In this document: one piece after another, positions 39,401 through 51,400 of the stretch
How positions within the stretch are numbered: the stretch's first letter is position 1
Layout: the number at the start of each line of letters is the position of its first letter
NCBI RefSeq assembly: GCF_964355755.1
Contig: NC_092670.1
Coordinates: forward strand, 37,312,388-37,376,387
Reading direction: 5' to 3'
DNA: 64,000 nt
Source: Antedon mediterranea
Lineage: Eukaryota > Animalia > Echinodermata
Position numbers and translations under genes: made by a program
The notes under the pieces: model-generated
What the model was told of the DNA's origin: nothing
The model's input: the letters and a program-made list of their open reading frames with translations, nothing else
Databases searched by the model: none

Positions 39401-42400
39401 GGAAAGTTTGTCATCGTATTGTACAATTGAGTTCAGCTTATTGGATCTAAGCGCCACCCGGTTTAACTTAATCTGAGTGACTGGAAAATGCAAATCATGG
39501 CGTTTCCGATATTAGAAACGAGAATTGGCTCGCGCACTGACATCAACCGGTGTCATACCTCAAGATTTAGTATGTGTACAGTAGGCTATACATACTTTAA
39601 TATTTTTAGTCGCACGCTCGCGACTCTACAGCTCACTATGTCGGTCGGTTGGTTGGTCGGTCGGTTGGTCGGTAAACACTAACTCAAATTTGAGCACGCG
39701 ACTGCAGCTATGTATATGGTCTTGTTAATTAGCCTCCCTCTATATTCTCTTGAAAATTGGTTTCTAAAGCCTTGTCTACACTATAAAACTTTATTATATG
39801 CCCATATATGGACATGATGATTTCTTTGGGCATACCACTACCATACATGAGCACATCACACTATTTTGTCACATAAAGTTTGATAGTGTAGACACGGCGT
39901 AATTGCTTTATTTTCGACATCATACTATTGACAAATTTCTATTTACGGTAGCTTTAAAATCTCCCCCACCCCCCACCCCCCCCCCCCCTCCCCACCGCAA
40001 AAAGTTATCTTAATAATAATAATAAATGCATATAATGTAAAGGCTTTTCTTTTAGATATTATAAAATGTTCGTGTTCAATAGATAATAATTTCTCTCACG
40101 TTACTTTAAAATGTCAAATTTAATTTTAAAGATTTATTTGTTTTTCATCGACAAAATATGTAGATGTTAAGTTACAAATCGTAATCATTAGTAAGTTAGG
40201 TACGTATGCATTGATAATTAAGTATTCTGAGCCGTTAGCTAGTGTGGAGATGCATTAACTCCAGTGGAAACCAATCGTAACGATTAGGCCTAGAGCACAT
40301 TATAGAATATTGATTGTCGGAACGACTGTTTGGTTCTAACATAATTCAGAGATATAGGTGTAATTTGATTGTACTATATGGTAACTCTCTGTGGTGTGTA
40401 AACACACCTTAGCTAACGATAACTATCGTTTAATTCAATGTGAACACACACAGAAAGTATTTAATTCTAATAGGTATAACTATCTGTGGTGTGCATAATA
40501 GCTAAATAATCGCTGGTTTGTTCCTTCATTTAAATTGGTAAGATTGACTGTTATGGCGAGCCATTACAAATTGAAATATCGAAGTAAATTACTTCATGAA
40601 ATTGATAACAGTCATCTATATTCTTCAACCATCTGTAATTAAGTTGTTGATGTATTGCAATTATAATTAAACGTATTTTATTATTAGGTGTTGATAAGTT
40701 GAAATGTCAATGGAAATTGACGAAACGGGTTCTGATATCTCGTTGATGTTTAATTCCGTATCGTGTTTTTCTTGTTATGAAAAGTTAAGTCTATAAGTCA
40801 CATTTAGTGCCAAGTATCTTAAATAATGTAGTTTATCAATGACATTAATGCTTGGTTACCACTAGAGACACAGCACAAGGACGTAACGCAACGTAAAGCT
40901 TGGTCTCCACTAGGACACAACGCTAGGACTAAGACGCAACGCAGGCGAATTGACCAATCAAAAGCAATGGATTATTCGAACTGTCGCGTGTGATTGGTCA
41001 ATTCCCTTGCGTTACGTCCTAGTGTGAACCAAGCTTAAGTGAGTTGACCAATCACAAACGATGGATTATTAACTGTGGCTTGTCATTGGTCAACACGCTT
41101 GCGGTGCGTTTACGTCCTTGCGTTGCGTCCTAGTGGGAACCAAGCTTTAGAAAGAAGTTGACGTGTGTGTTAGGCCTTGCCAGAGCATCAATTATAGGTC
41201 CATGATCAATGTATGAACGCCCGGGTTGTGCATCTCTTTCGCTGTGACTTAATCGAAATAATCTACTCATATACCTTTTACATACTTTTACTCTACTCTC
41301 TAGCCCTTTCTATTGGCATTTTTAACCATGAGATTTTCCTGACAAGTTGTTTGAATTTCCTAGGATTCGCTGTAACAAGCTCGTTGCTATGTGTTCACGC
41401 CTATCTGACATTTGTAAGCTCCGTCTACACTATAAAACTTTATGTGACAAAAACATGTGATGTGCCTATATATGGACATAATGACATCATATCACTACCA
41501 TATTTGGGCACATCACACTTTTTTTGTGAAACTAGTTTGATAGTTATAGACAGAGCTTAAGAAACTTTGCCTTTATGGACAGTTTTGACGAGACAGAACG
41601 TTATTCCTGCGGCCGTTATTTTGCTGATCGGTTTAGTGGGTTTAACTCTCACATCGATATTTTGATGTTAGTCTCTCCTCCTCAGACTAAAAAGAATACA
41701 CTGTATTTGTAATTTTATAGTAAGCTATTACGAACTATTTTCAACAAATGTACGTGGAAATCCGTGTCATCATGAGCTAGTATTCGAATTTCTTGTTTTA
41801 ATTTTCCAGAATATTAGCGTTGTTCTGTTGTAAAATGATTGGCTTGAGTTTATTCCCATAATGGGACTGCGTGTCATACCCAATTACCCTACCTACAAAA
41901 CATGACCAAATGTCATATATCGTTGACTACTGTGTTAAGCGATCAAAGAATTAATTCATTCACGTAATGCCTAAATGATGAAATCATTTGTGTGAAAAAA
42001 GAATATAGTCTCTCCGTTTTATTATACCTCTACTCGGGGACCGGTTCGACAGTTTGGAAAGTAGCGGTGTGTTGGACGTTGGTTCGAATCTAACTCTCGT
42101 CAAATTGCCCCGACACAGGTTCAGGATTGAACCCGGGCACAGGTTAGGATTGAACCCCGGCACAGGTTAGGATTGAACCCCGGCACAGGTTAGGATTGAA
42201 CCCCGGCACAGGTCAGGATTGAACCATTGAAAAGGTCAGAATTGAACCCGGCACAGGTCAGGATTGAACCCTGGAACAGGTCAGAATTGAACCCTGGAAC
42301 AGGTCAGGATTGAACCCTGGAACAGGTCAAGATTGAACCCTGGAACAGGTCAAGATTGAACCCTGGAATAGGTCAGGATTGAATCCTGAAACAGGTCACG

Positions 42401-45400
42401 ATTGAACCCTGGACAGCTCTACTTCCTATGACATTGCATTATCATTTCAATATGTCACAATCAGCAGTGTGCTCGTCTCCACTGTATTGTATTGATAGCT
42501 TTTAAACAAAAGTTATGATTTATGTATTTTGTGAATTCCATTAAAAATTGACTTTTTACAACTTGACGTTAATTACTTCATGGTATCTAAATCATCTGTC
42601 TATTTATGTGCATTTAGCTTTTTAATGTTTATATTGGACGCTTTGTAAGAAAGAAAGCCCACAGTTGTATTGTATTAGGCCATTGCACTTGGATTGCAAG
42701 AATTATTTTTATCATCTTTTTGGAATTGGTACTATATAAATGTAAGATTGATTTGATTCATTTTGAAAATCTCTTTTCCTTGTTTGTTAAATGTCTTTTG
42801 TTTTACATTTCAGCTACATCAATAGTGTGGCTAGCGTTTTTAGTGGCAAGCAGTTGTGAGTCTCATGGTTCAGTGGTCGACTGCAACCCCACAACAGAAG
42901 TAAAGTGTGACGCGGGCGGATGCGTTGCCCTGAACTCGACCTGCAACTCAATCAGTGACTGCCCCGACGGATCCGACGAAAGCCCTCGCGTTTGTGGTGC
43001 GTATACCAATCATGAAAGAGCTAAAAATCAAACCGTTGAATCACATAACAACGCACTTTACTCTTTATTATCTATCCGTGGTTAATGTTTAACGGATTAC
43101 AAAATTTGAACCTTGGGGATCGGTTAGTAGAAATGGAATCACGTATAAAAATTAACATTTAATAGATCATTACACGATCTAAAGCTCAGAATAGTTATAT
43201 TATAGGTGTGTAACATTTGCCGGTAGTTAGAGGTCAGGGGTGTAACGAACATTCCTTGAAACAAATGTTACAATGAATGTCAAAAATCACATAGCTAGAT
43301 ATAGTTAACATATGATGTTCAATTCATTTCAAGGTAACATTTATTCAGAAAAAATAACATTATTACAATGATCTTTACCGTGAAATTACTTTTCTAGAAT
43401 CATATTTTTTTTTTTTAATATAGATCATGACATAAAAAATTATCTTGACAAAACTATTGAAACAAATTATTATTTTTTAAATGGCTGTATAAATATATAG
43501 TTATAGTTTGATGATAGAGGTTATTTTATACCAACATGGGTTTATGAAAGACATTTTTGTACAGGATTATCACTAATTTCATCTTGCTTACATTATTATA
43601 TTATTTAGGCTGTCTACCTGCTGAGTTTATGTGCTCTAATTCTTGTATTAGTATATACCGACGATGTGATGGAATTTGTGATTGTGGGGTTTCATGTGAA
43701 GATGAAGATGACTGTGGTAGGTTCTACAAACAATATCTGTGGTATTATTTCCTGTAGAAATCATAATAATAGCGTGAAATTGTTTAGTTGTATTACTATT
43801 ACTGATATTTTTACTGATTGATTTCTCTTTTTCTAGACCAGTACCCGTGCCCAAGTACTCACATGAAGTGCGCCACTACACATGTATGCATTCACCTAGC
43901 TCTGCAGTGTGATTTTAATGACGACTGTGGCGATGGCTCGGACGAGAATTGCGGTAAGAGGGGTCTCATCAATCATTATATGATGATTATATGATGATCA
44001 GTCCTATCGTCTCTACTACCACCAATAGATTGTCCTTTTCCACTTTGTTCTGTTTTACTTCCTCCAGTAGTGCTTTTTCTAATTTCTGTGTCCACATTCT
44101 TGCTTACATCTTCTCATGCTTCCCCCATTAAATATCCATCTTTTGCATTCACCAGTAGATTACCTCTTTCCACTTTCTTCCATCTTTTGCGGTTACCAGT
44201 AGATTGCCTTTTTTCCACTTTTTCCATGTTATGCGTTCACCAATAGATTGCCTCTTTCCACTTTTTCTATCTTCTTCCTTCACCAGTAGATTGCCTTTTT
44301 CCACATTTTCCATCTTCTGCGTTCGTCAAAAGATTGCCTCTTTCCACTTGTTCCATCTGCGTTCACCAGTAGATTGCCTCTTTCCACTTTTTCTCTCTTT
44401 TTCGTTCACCAGTGGATTGCCTCTTTCCACTTTTTCCATCTTCTTCGTTCACCAGTAGGTTGCCTCTTTTCACACTTTCTATCTTCTTTGTTTACTAGTA
44501 GATTGCCTTTTTCCACTTTTTTTCATCCTCTGCATTCACGAGTAGATTGCCTCTTTCCACATTTTCCATCTTCTGCATTCACCAGTAGGTTGCCTCTTTC
44601 CACTTTGTCCATCTTCTTTGTTCATCAGTAGATTGGCGCCTCTTTCCACCTTTTCCATCTTCTGCTTTCCGATTTTTTTTTTCAACACATTTTTGTTGAA
44701 ATTTCTCCATCCTACAGTAATAAAACAAAAGGCTAAAATAAAAAGTATTGTAAATCAGCAAAAAGGATAGAGAGATTCCACGCTTTGTTTCATTAGTCTA
44801 AAATATTCTGAAATAATGACTAACCTTCAACCTTTAATAAAGTGGACAGTGCACTTAATTTGTATATCACAGATCGATTCCTTTACCTATCAAAGATCAT
44901 TGAACATTTATTATTGCAGAGCATCGATCGTGTTACAACCTAGAATTCCGATGTGCCAACGGCGAATGTTTGAAACCAGGATATAGATGTAATGGTGAAG
45001 TTAACTGCCGTGGAGATGACAAGAGTGACGAAGAGAATTGCTCTGAAGGTAAGTTATATTGTTTCCTCTAACAATGTTGACGCTATTTCAAAAACTTACT
45101 ATTGGCTTCTTTTAATCTGGACGATCCAAATCGTGAACGTTTTTTTTAATTGAAATTACTCCACTGAAAATAATCTTGAATTGTATTTTCTTTAAATTTG
45201 TACTGTTCTCCACTTCATTTATTAATAACAAAATGAAATTCTTCAAATAACATTAGTAGAGAAAATTGTCTTTATTACTTTATAGTATAATCAAATTAAT
45301 GTACAATGTATAGGCCTACATTCGTCCTTTTCAAGGTTGTTTTCAATTATTCGCAATGTGTCTTCCCAACACATCACATGACATTGATAAATTACAGGGT

Positions 45401-48400
45401 GAAATCATCTTGGGGATAGCAGGTAGTCTAATCTCATTTGAGATACAAAAGGAGGGATCAAACGGCTGAATCCAACCGAACAGCAATGTTGGCAGAGAGG
45501 CCAAATTTTTTTTAAGAGCTGTTTAAGCAATATTCCATTTAAAAAGTTGAATTATCCATCAAAACATTGTTTTTCATACAGTCGTAGTGTGTGATGGTCG
45601 TCGGATATTCCGTGAGCATTTTTGTGATTTCTACGCCGAATGCTCCCTTTCTGAAAAAGATGAAAAACAAGATTGTCCATGTGATCCAACTGAGGCGTTT
45701 ATGTGCAGCACTGGCAGATGTTTTAAAAGATCTCGGTTATGCGACGGAAAATGTGACTGCCTAGGGTCTTGTGAAGATGAAGATAATTGCGGTAATTATG
45801 TAATAATTGTATATTTATTAATAATAATTCATGCAACATATGTTGAATAGTTGTAATATTCTTGTTGCTTGTGTTTGCAAAGATATGCTCCATAACTCAA
45901 AAATGTATTGTAGATGGAGGAGTATCCTATATATTTAAGCTTAGAGTTTGCGAATTTTCTTTTTTTCATTTTCTGTTTGTACGTTTGTTGATGTGGACGA
46001 AATTTCCGAAATAAAAGAAATTGAATTGAATTGAATAGTATATTTACATTCCTTTGTTGTTGTCTTATCATAGTAAACATTTGAGTTTTCAAATTGGGTG
46101 GACAAGTTGCTTTCCAATTTTTTCAATAACTCATTTTACTGAATTCATGCCCATATAAGATATAAACAATTTGTGAAAACCGTAATTTCTTCAGTAAAAT
46201 CAAAATTGTAATTTAGTAATGTCACCTACATTAGAAGGGAAGTCAAATTTTCTAAATATGTGCATGTTTTGAAAACAATATCCTAAATTGACGTGATTTT
46301 AATTATACGTAAAACTTCACCTGCAGGTTCCTCTGTCTGTGTACCGGGAGAAGACTATTTCTGTTCACAATCGTTTCGTTGTTTGGACGCGGAGTTTTTA
46401 TGTGATAGCACTAATGACTGTGAAAATAAAGACGATGAATTATGCAGTACGGTTTATGGAAATGTTTTTTAATACATTATATACAGAACTTTAGAGAGAC
46501 TTTTAAGTTATTGGATGATAAGGCCAAGTATTTGAATAAGCTTACTTTATACACAAGTATAAAAACAATCAATTTTTATTCAGGACGACATTGTTGTTAT
46601 TATCACGCTTATTTGTAAATACAATGAAGTACTGCGTATGATCCGATGAAGTTTCTTTTAAAATAAATATTTAGTGTTTTACTTTAACTTTTCTTTTCCA
46701 TACTCATTTAGTATTTTACACCTATGATTGGTTTCAAAGAATTTGTATTAAAGGTACCATTAATTTATTACTTGTTTTTAGGCAGTCTCTATCAAAGTAA
46801 AGATGGCTATGAATGCAAGTCCGAGAATGAGAGAGAGAATATGTGCCATATAGGCAACAAGCCGTATTGTTACCCAACGAACTATTATTGTGATCATCAT
46901 CCCCAGTGCCAAGGAGATTCTGATCGAAGCTATTGTAAAGAAAATGGTATGGTATGGCATATTTACTGTAATCAACTGTAAAATTGACTGTATGCATATA
47001 TGAAATGGGCCTACAATAATTTAAGATTTGTATGCCGTTTTGTAGTAGGCTAGCATTTTACTTTCATTTTTAGCAAGCAATATTTTCGTAGGCCAAATAT
47101 ACTGACATGATTCGTGCAGCCCACATTCTGTGCACTGTAGGCCTAGTAAATCGAGTCAGCGAATAATTTGATATTTGATGAAATTTCTGCTATATTTTGA
47201 AGTTTTAAGGATCTGCTAAAAAGGAGGAGTCGAATATGTTTAGGTTGACAAATGGCGAGTTTAAAAAACATTTTTTTTTCTCTTTGAAGCTGTATGTTCT
47301 TCCAATGAATACACATGCGCAAACGGTATGTGTATAAAAGGTTCCTTCAGGTGCGATATATATTCTGACTGTCTGGATCACAGTGATGAACTTAATTGCG
47401 GTAAGTAATCAGTCTGATTATTTTTATCACAATTCTTTATCATCATCATCGTTATTATTAATACTATTCTTGTCTTGTCACGACGCTTGCCACCACTGCT
47501 ATATTTTTTTTTTTTTTTTTTTTCATACTCATCCAACAGCGATTAACCCGCCAATTACAGGATGGATAAACTATTTAATAATTTCACAAGACAAACATAT
47601 ACACGATGCTCTACATAAACAAAGACTTATTATTAAGTCTTTGGGAGTAGAGTTGTAAATTGTCATGAGAAAAAAACCCTGACATATGACAGGACTTGAA
47701 CCCAGGACCCTTAGATTGGTAGCCAAGCATCATAACCACCAAGCCACAGCTCCACTTCGTTGATTATAATATAATTTACGTGACTTCATTAATTGAAATT
47801 GTAATAATCAAAATGAAATTCACAGAATCGCATCAATGTGAGGAGGGTATGTGGCAATGTACATCCGGGCACTGTATTGACGTCAGAAAGCGATGTGACA
47901 CCTTTGTAGACTGCGCCAACTTCGGGCCATACCGTGATGGTTCAGACGAAGAAAATTGTAGTAAGATCATTGTTTTTGTTACAGGCCTACTTCGCTCACG
48001 ATCGGCATAGTGCTTCCGGGGGACAAACAGGATTATTTTATACCTCACCTGTGGTGGTCACTTTGAATGGTGGTAACTACTATTAAAGCAGAGGGAAATT
48101 TTCCCCGAACCCCCACAGGGGAGTGCAGCAGAGGTGATGAGCGGTCGTGAGCGACCAATGTTTTTTACTTTTGTTGTTGTACATAATTGTTGTTGTATGT
48201 ATGTACATGTAGATGCATTTAAATAATAGTCACCAAACTGACAACCACTCACTTTTTGGTGTACTGATGGGTGTTGTTGTTGTAAAATGTTAAATTGTGA
48301 ATTGGAATAAATCATGTTATTTTATTTTATAAAATTAATTTAAAAAACTTATAATAGGACAATAGTCAGTATACGAAACAGGAGACAGTGATGACGACAA

Positions 48401-51400
48401 TTGTGTGATGATGCTTAGGCCTAGTCTAAAAACAACAATTATTAACATAACCTTTTCAGTCGCTCTGGTTCAGTCGTCCTGAATCGTATTATCTCGATCT
48501 CAGTAAGAATGTATCCAGTGTGGACACAACCTTAACTTAACTAATGTCTTTGTCATTAATACTTAGTGGACTTCTTGATAACTATTTTATAGATTTTGAA
48601 GATTGTGTGGAAACTGAATTTCAATGTGACAGCGGCGTTTGCATTGACAGTGGTAGCGTTTGTATTAACGATTCGTACTTGCCGCAGTGTCGAGACAAAT
48701 CTCATTTACTTGAATGTGGTATGTTCTTTATGAGTGGTTAAATTGTAAATAAATACTTTAAAACACGTACTCTTCCTACATACAACGGGTTTTTACAACC
48801 TCTTTGCAACGGCGTTAAATGCATTCACAGAGCTTCTTCCAAAATGGTTCGGACCGTTCTATTTGCCATGCCATTTGTTCTGAATTATCGTCATATACAT
48901 TGTATGTGTAAAGCCTTGTCTACACTATCAAACTTCATGTGACAACAAATAGTGTAGACAGAGCTTAAAAGAATATCAATTTAGGCCTGCTCTCTTTCAA
49001 GTATAGATACTATTAAATTATTTTCAGATGTCTTTTAAAATGATTTACTTTCAGATGATTTCGAATGTCCAGTAGGCTATTACAAATGTCAGAACTCTTA
49101 TTGTATACCAGACAAAGGACGTTGTAATGGATATGTGGAATGTAATCTCTTTTGGGATGATGAAGTTAATTGCCGTAAGTTCAGTGGCGTAATACTGGCT
49201 TGGGAACCCTAAGTGACCCTCCAACGCTGGAGGCCTCGGGTGTTTTTAGCCTTTTTCGACATATTTTAATGCTTGCTCTTTCCTTTGGACAGGTGCCCAC
49301 GTAAGATCCGAGGCCCCTGGGTTTAGCCAGTTAGCGCCCAATGCGTAAGTTATACGTTGCGGCAAACAAGCACTTTAATAAGAAGAATAGGAACTGTATT
49401 TTAATCAGTGATTTGTAAGAAAATTGCTTTTCCATGGTCGGACATAGTAGTCTGTGATTGGACAAATATTCTGGCTATTAGTAGTAGTAGTAGTAGTGTG
49501 GATATTAATGTGTCCGATCAGAGGCGACTAAGTCCGTTCATTGAGATGAGTGTTGCTCCATGGTCCGACAATGGTGTGCAGCAAATTAAGTTTAGAATGA
49601 ATAGTAAAAATCGAGTTGTCAATGTTGCAGTTTTCATTTAAATACATTCAAGGAACACATTATTTATATTGAAGTTATGGTCTAATAAAGCTACATTACA
49701 TGAAATACTGTACTCGTAAATTAATGGAAAATTAAAAGTAGTGAGAACAGCGCTGTCTTCAAAGTGCGAATGCAGTTTAAAGCTCTGTCTACACTATAAA
49801 GCTTTATGTGACAAAAAAAAGTGATATGTCCATATATGGATATGATGATATCATATGTCATATTTGGGCACATCACACTTTTTTGTCAAACTAGTTTGAT
49901 AGTGTAGACAGAGCTTAAGCATACAGTTTGACATTTCATTTCTGAGATTATTTCAATGCTTATCTTCATATTATTAAAATTCAAATAATTCTATATTTTT
50001 TTAGCTGGACGATGCAAAGAAGATTTTACGTATTATTCAGTTCCTGATTGCATTTGCAATGATAAAACCATCGATTGTAATGGTAGGCCTAATGTTTCAA
50101 AGACAGTCAACTTTTCTGAATTAAAACATATGAATATACTGTACGTATTTGCTTTAAATTGTTTTTGCTTACGCTTTTGTTATATAAAACAAATAATGAA
50201 TGTTTTTATATTCGTTCGATGGTACAAATAATTATTTGTAACATCGTACTCATAAAAAATCATTATTTGTATATCGAAGTAGGCCTATACCATTTCTAAT
50301 AGCTTGTATTAACTGACGTACACAACTGCAGTAGAATAGTTGTTGTTTAACATCCATTGTTTTTTTTTTCTACATCCATTGTTATTAAAAGTGTTTATAA
50401 TTGTTAATTTATTTAGGAAATTTTCTGGAACAGAAATCGAATTAACGGAAGAAACATTTATTAACGTGACGTGGGCAACAGTGCTGTAAGTATTCTAACT
50501 AATTTATTTGTATCCCTTACTATAATGAATTTACGATAGCAATTAGCTTTCTTATAACATAGATAATTTGTTTTTTCTTTTAAACAGAGACCTAAGTCGA
50601 AACAACATAGTAAGCGTCGGAGAGGGATATTTTAAAGACATGTTTCTTCTGCAAAACCTGTAGGTGTTTTCTTTGTGTTGGCCGAAAATTAGATCATCGT
50701 TAGTTTGCAAGTATTATTACCCGGCGGAAAGGGTCTAATCGATAGATACTCATCAACCACCATTTTGCTTTTAACTGCGAGGTGGTAATACTTGGTAGCT
50801 ACGCCTACTAATAGCTGTGTATTATTGTAGTTACCATGGAGAAATACGTTAGGATTCTCCATGGTAGAACATCAAGAGTGATATAGACACGCGTCCCTTA
50901 TAAATCTATAGGGCCTAACTAAGTGACTAACCAATGTTTATAACTATAACATTATTAGTGTCGTAGAACAGTAAGTAGCCTATTAAGCCTTAATTTAATA
51001 TAACATTATTCTTTGTAGAATATTGTCAGACAATAAAATCAAGAGGTTAAAAGCGGGAGGATTTAGAGGTTTATCTAACCTTCGACATTTGTAAGTAAAA
51101 AAGTTCATTAAACTGTTTGTCAAATCAAAGTTCATAGTTTGTCTACAAAGCATTGGCCTAAGACGACCTAGGCTAAGTTTACGGCTTCCTCGCTGTGGTT
51201 GAAATACATTATAGCAGGCGGCAATGATTGTACACTGCATAGTCTGCGCGGGAGGTATTTTGTTATCCAATGAGAAGCGATCTAATATAGACATTCGGTG
51301 TGTGTCTTTAGGAGGAACCTGCTCATCAAAACTACATTATGCTAGACATAATACGTCATAGATATGTTCGCAGTACTCGCTTGCACTTTGCAATTTCTAG

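Noticed and set aside
44204-44631. Phe/Ser-rich membrane-like ORFs
   Set aside because: Translation of the 43-bp intronic minisatellite.
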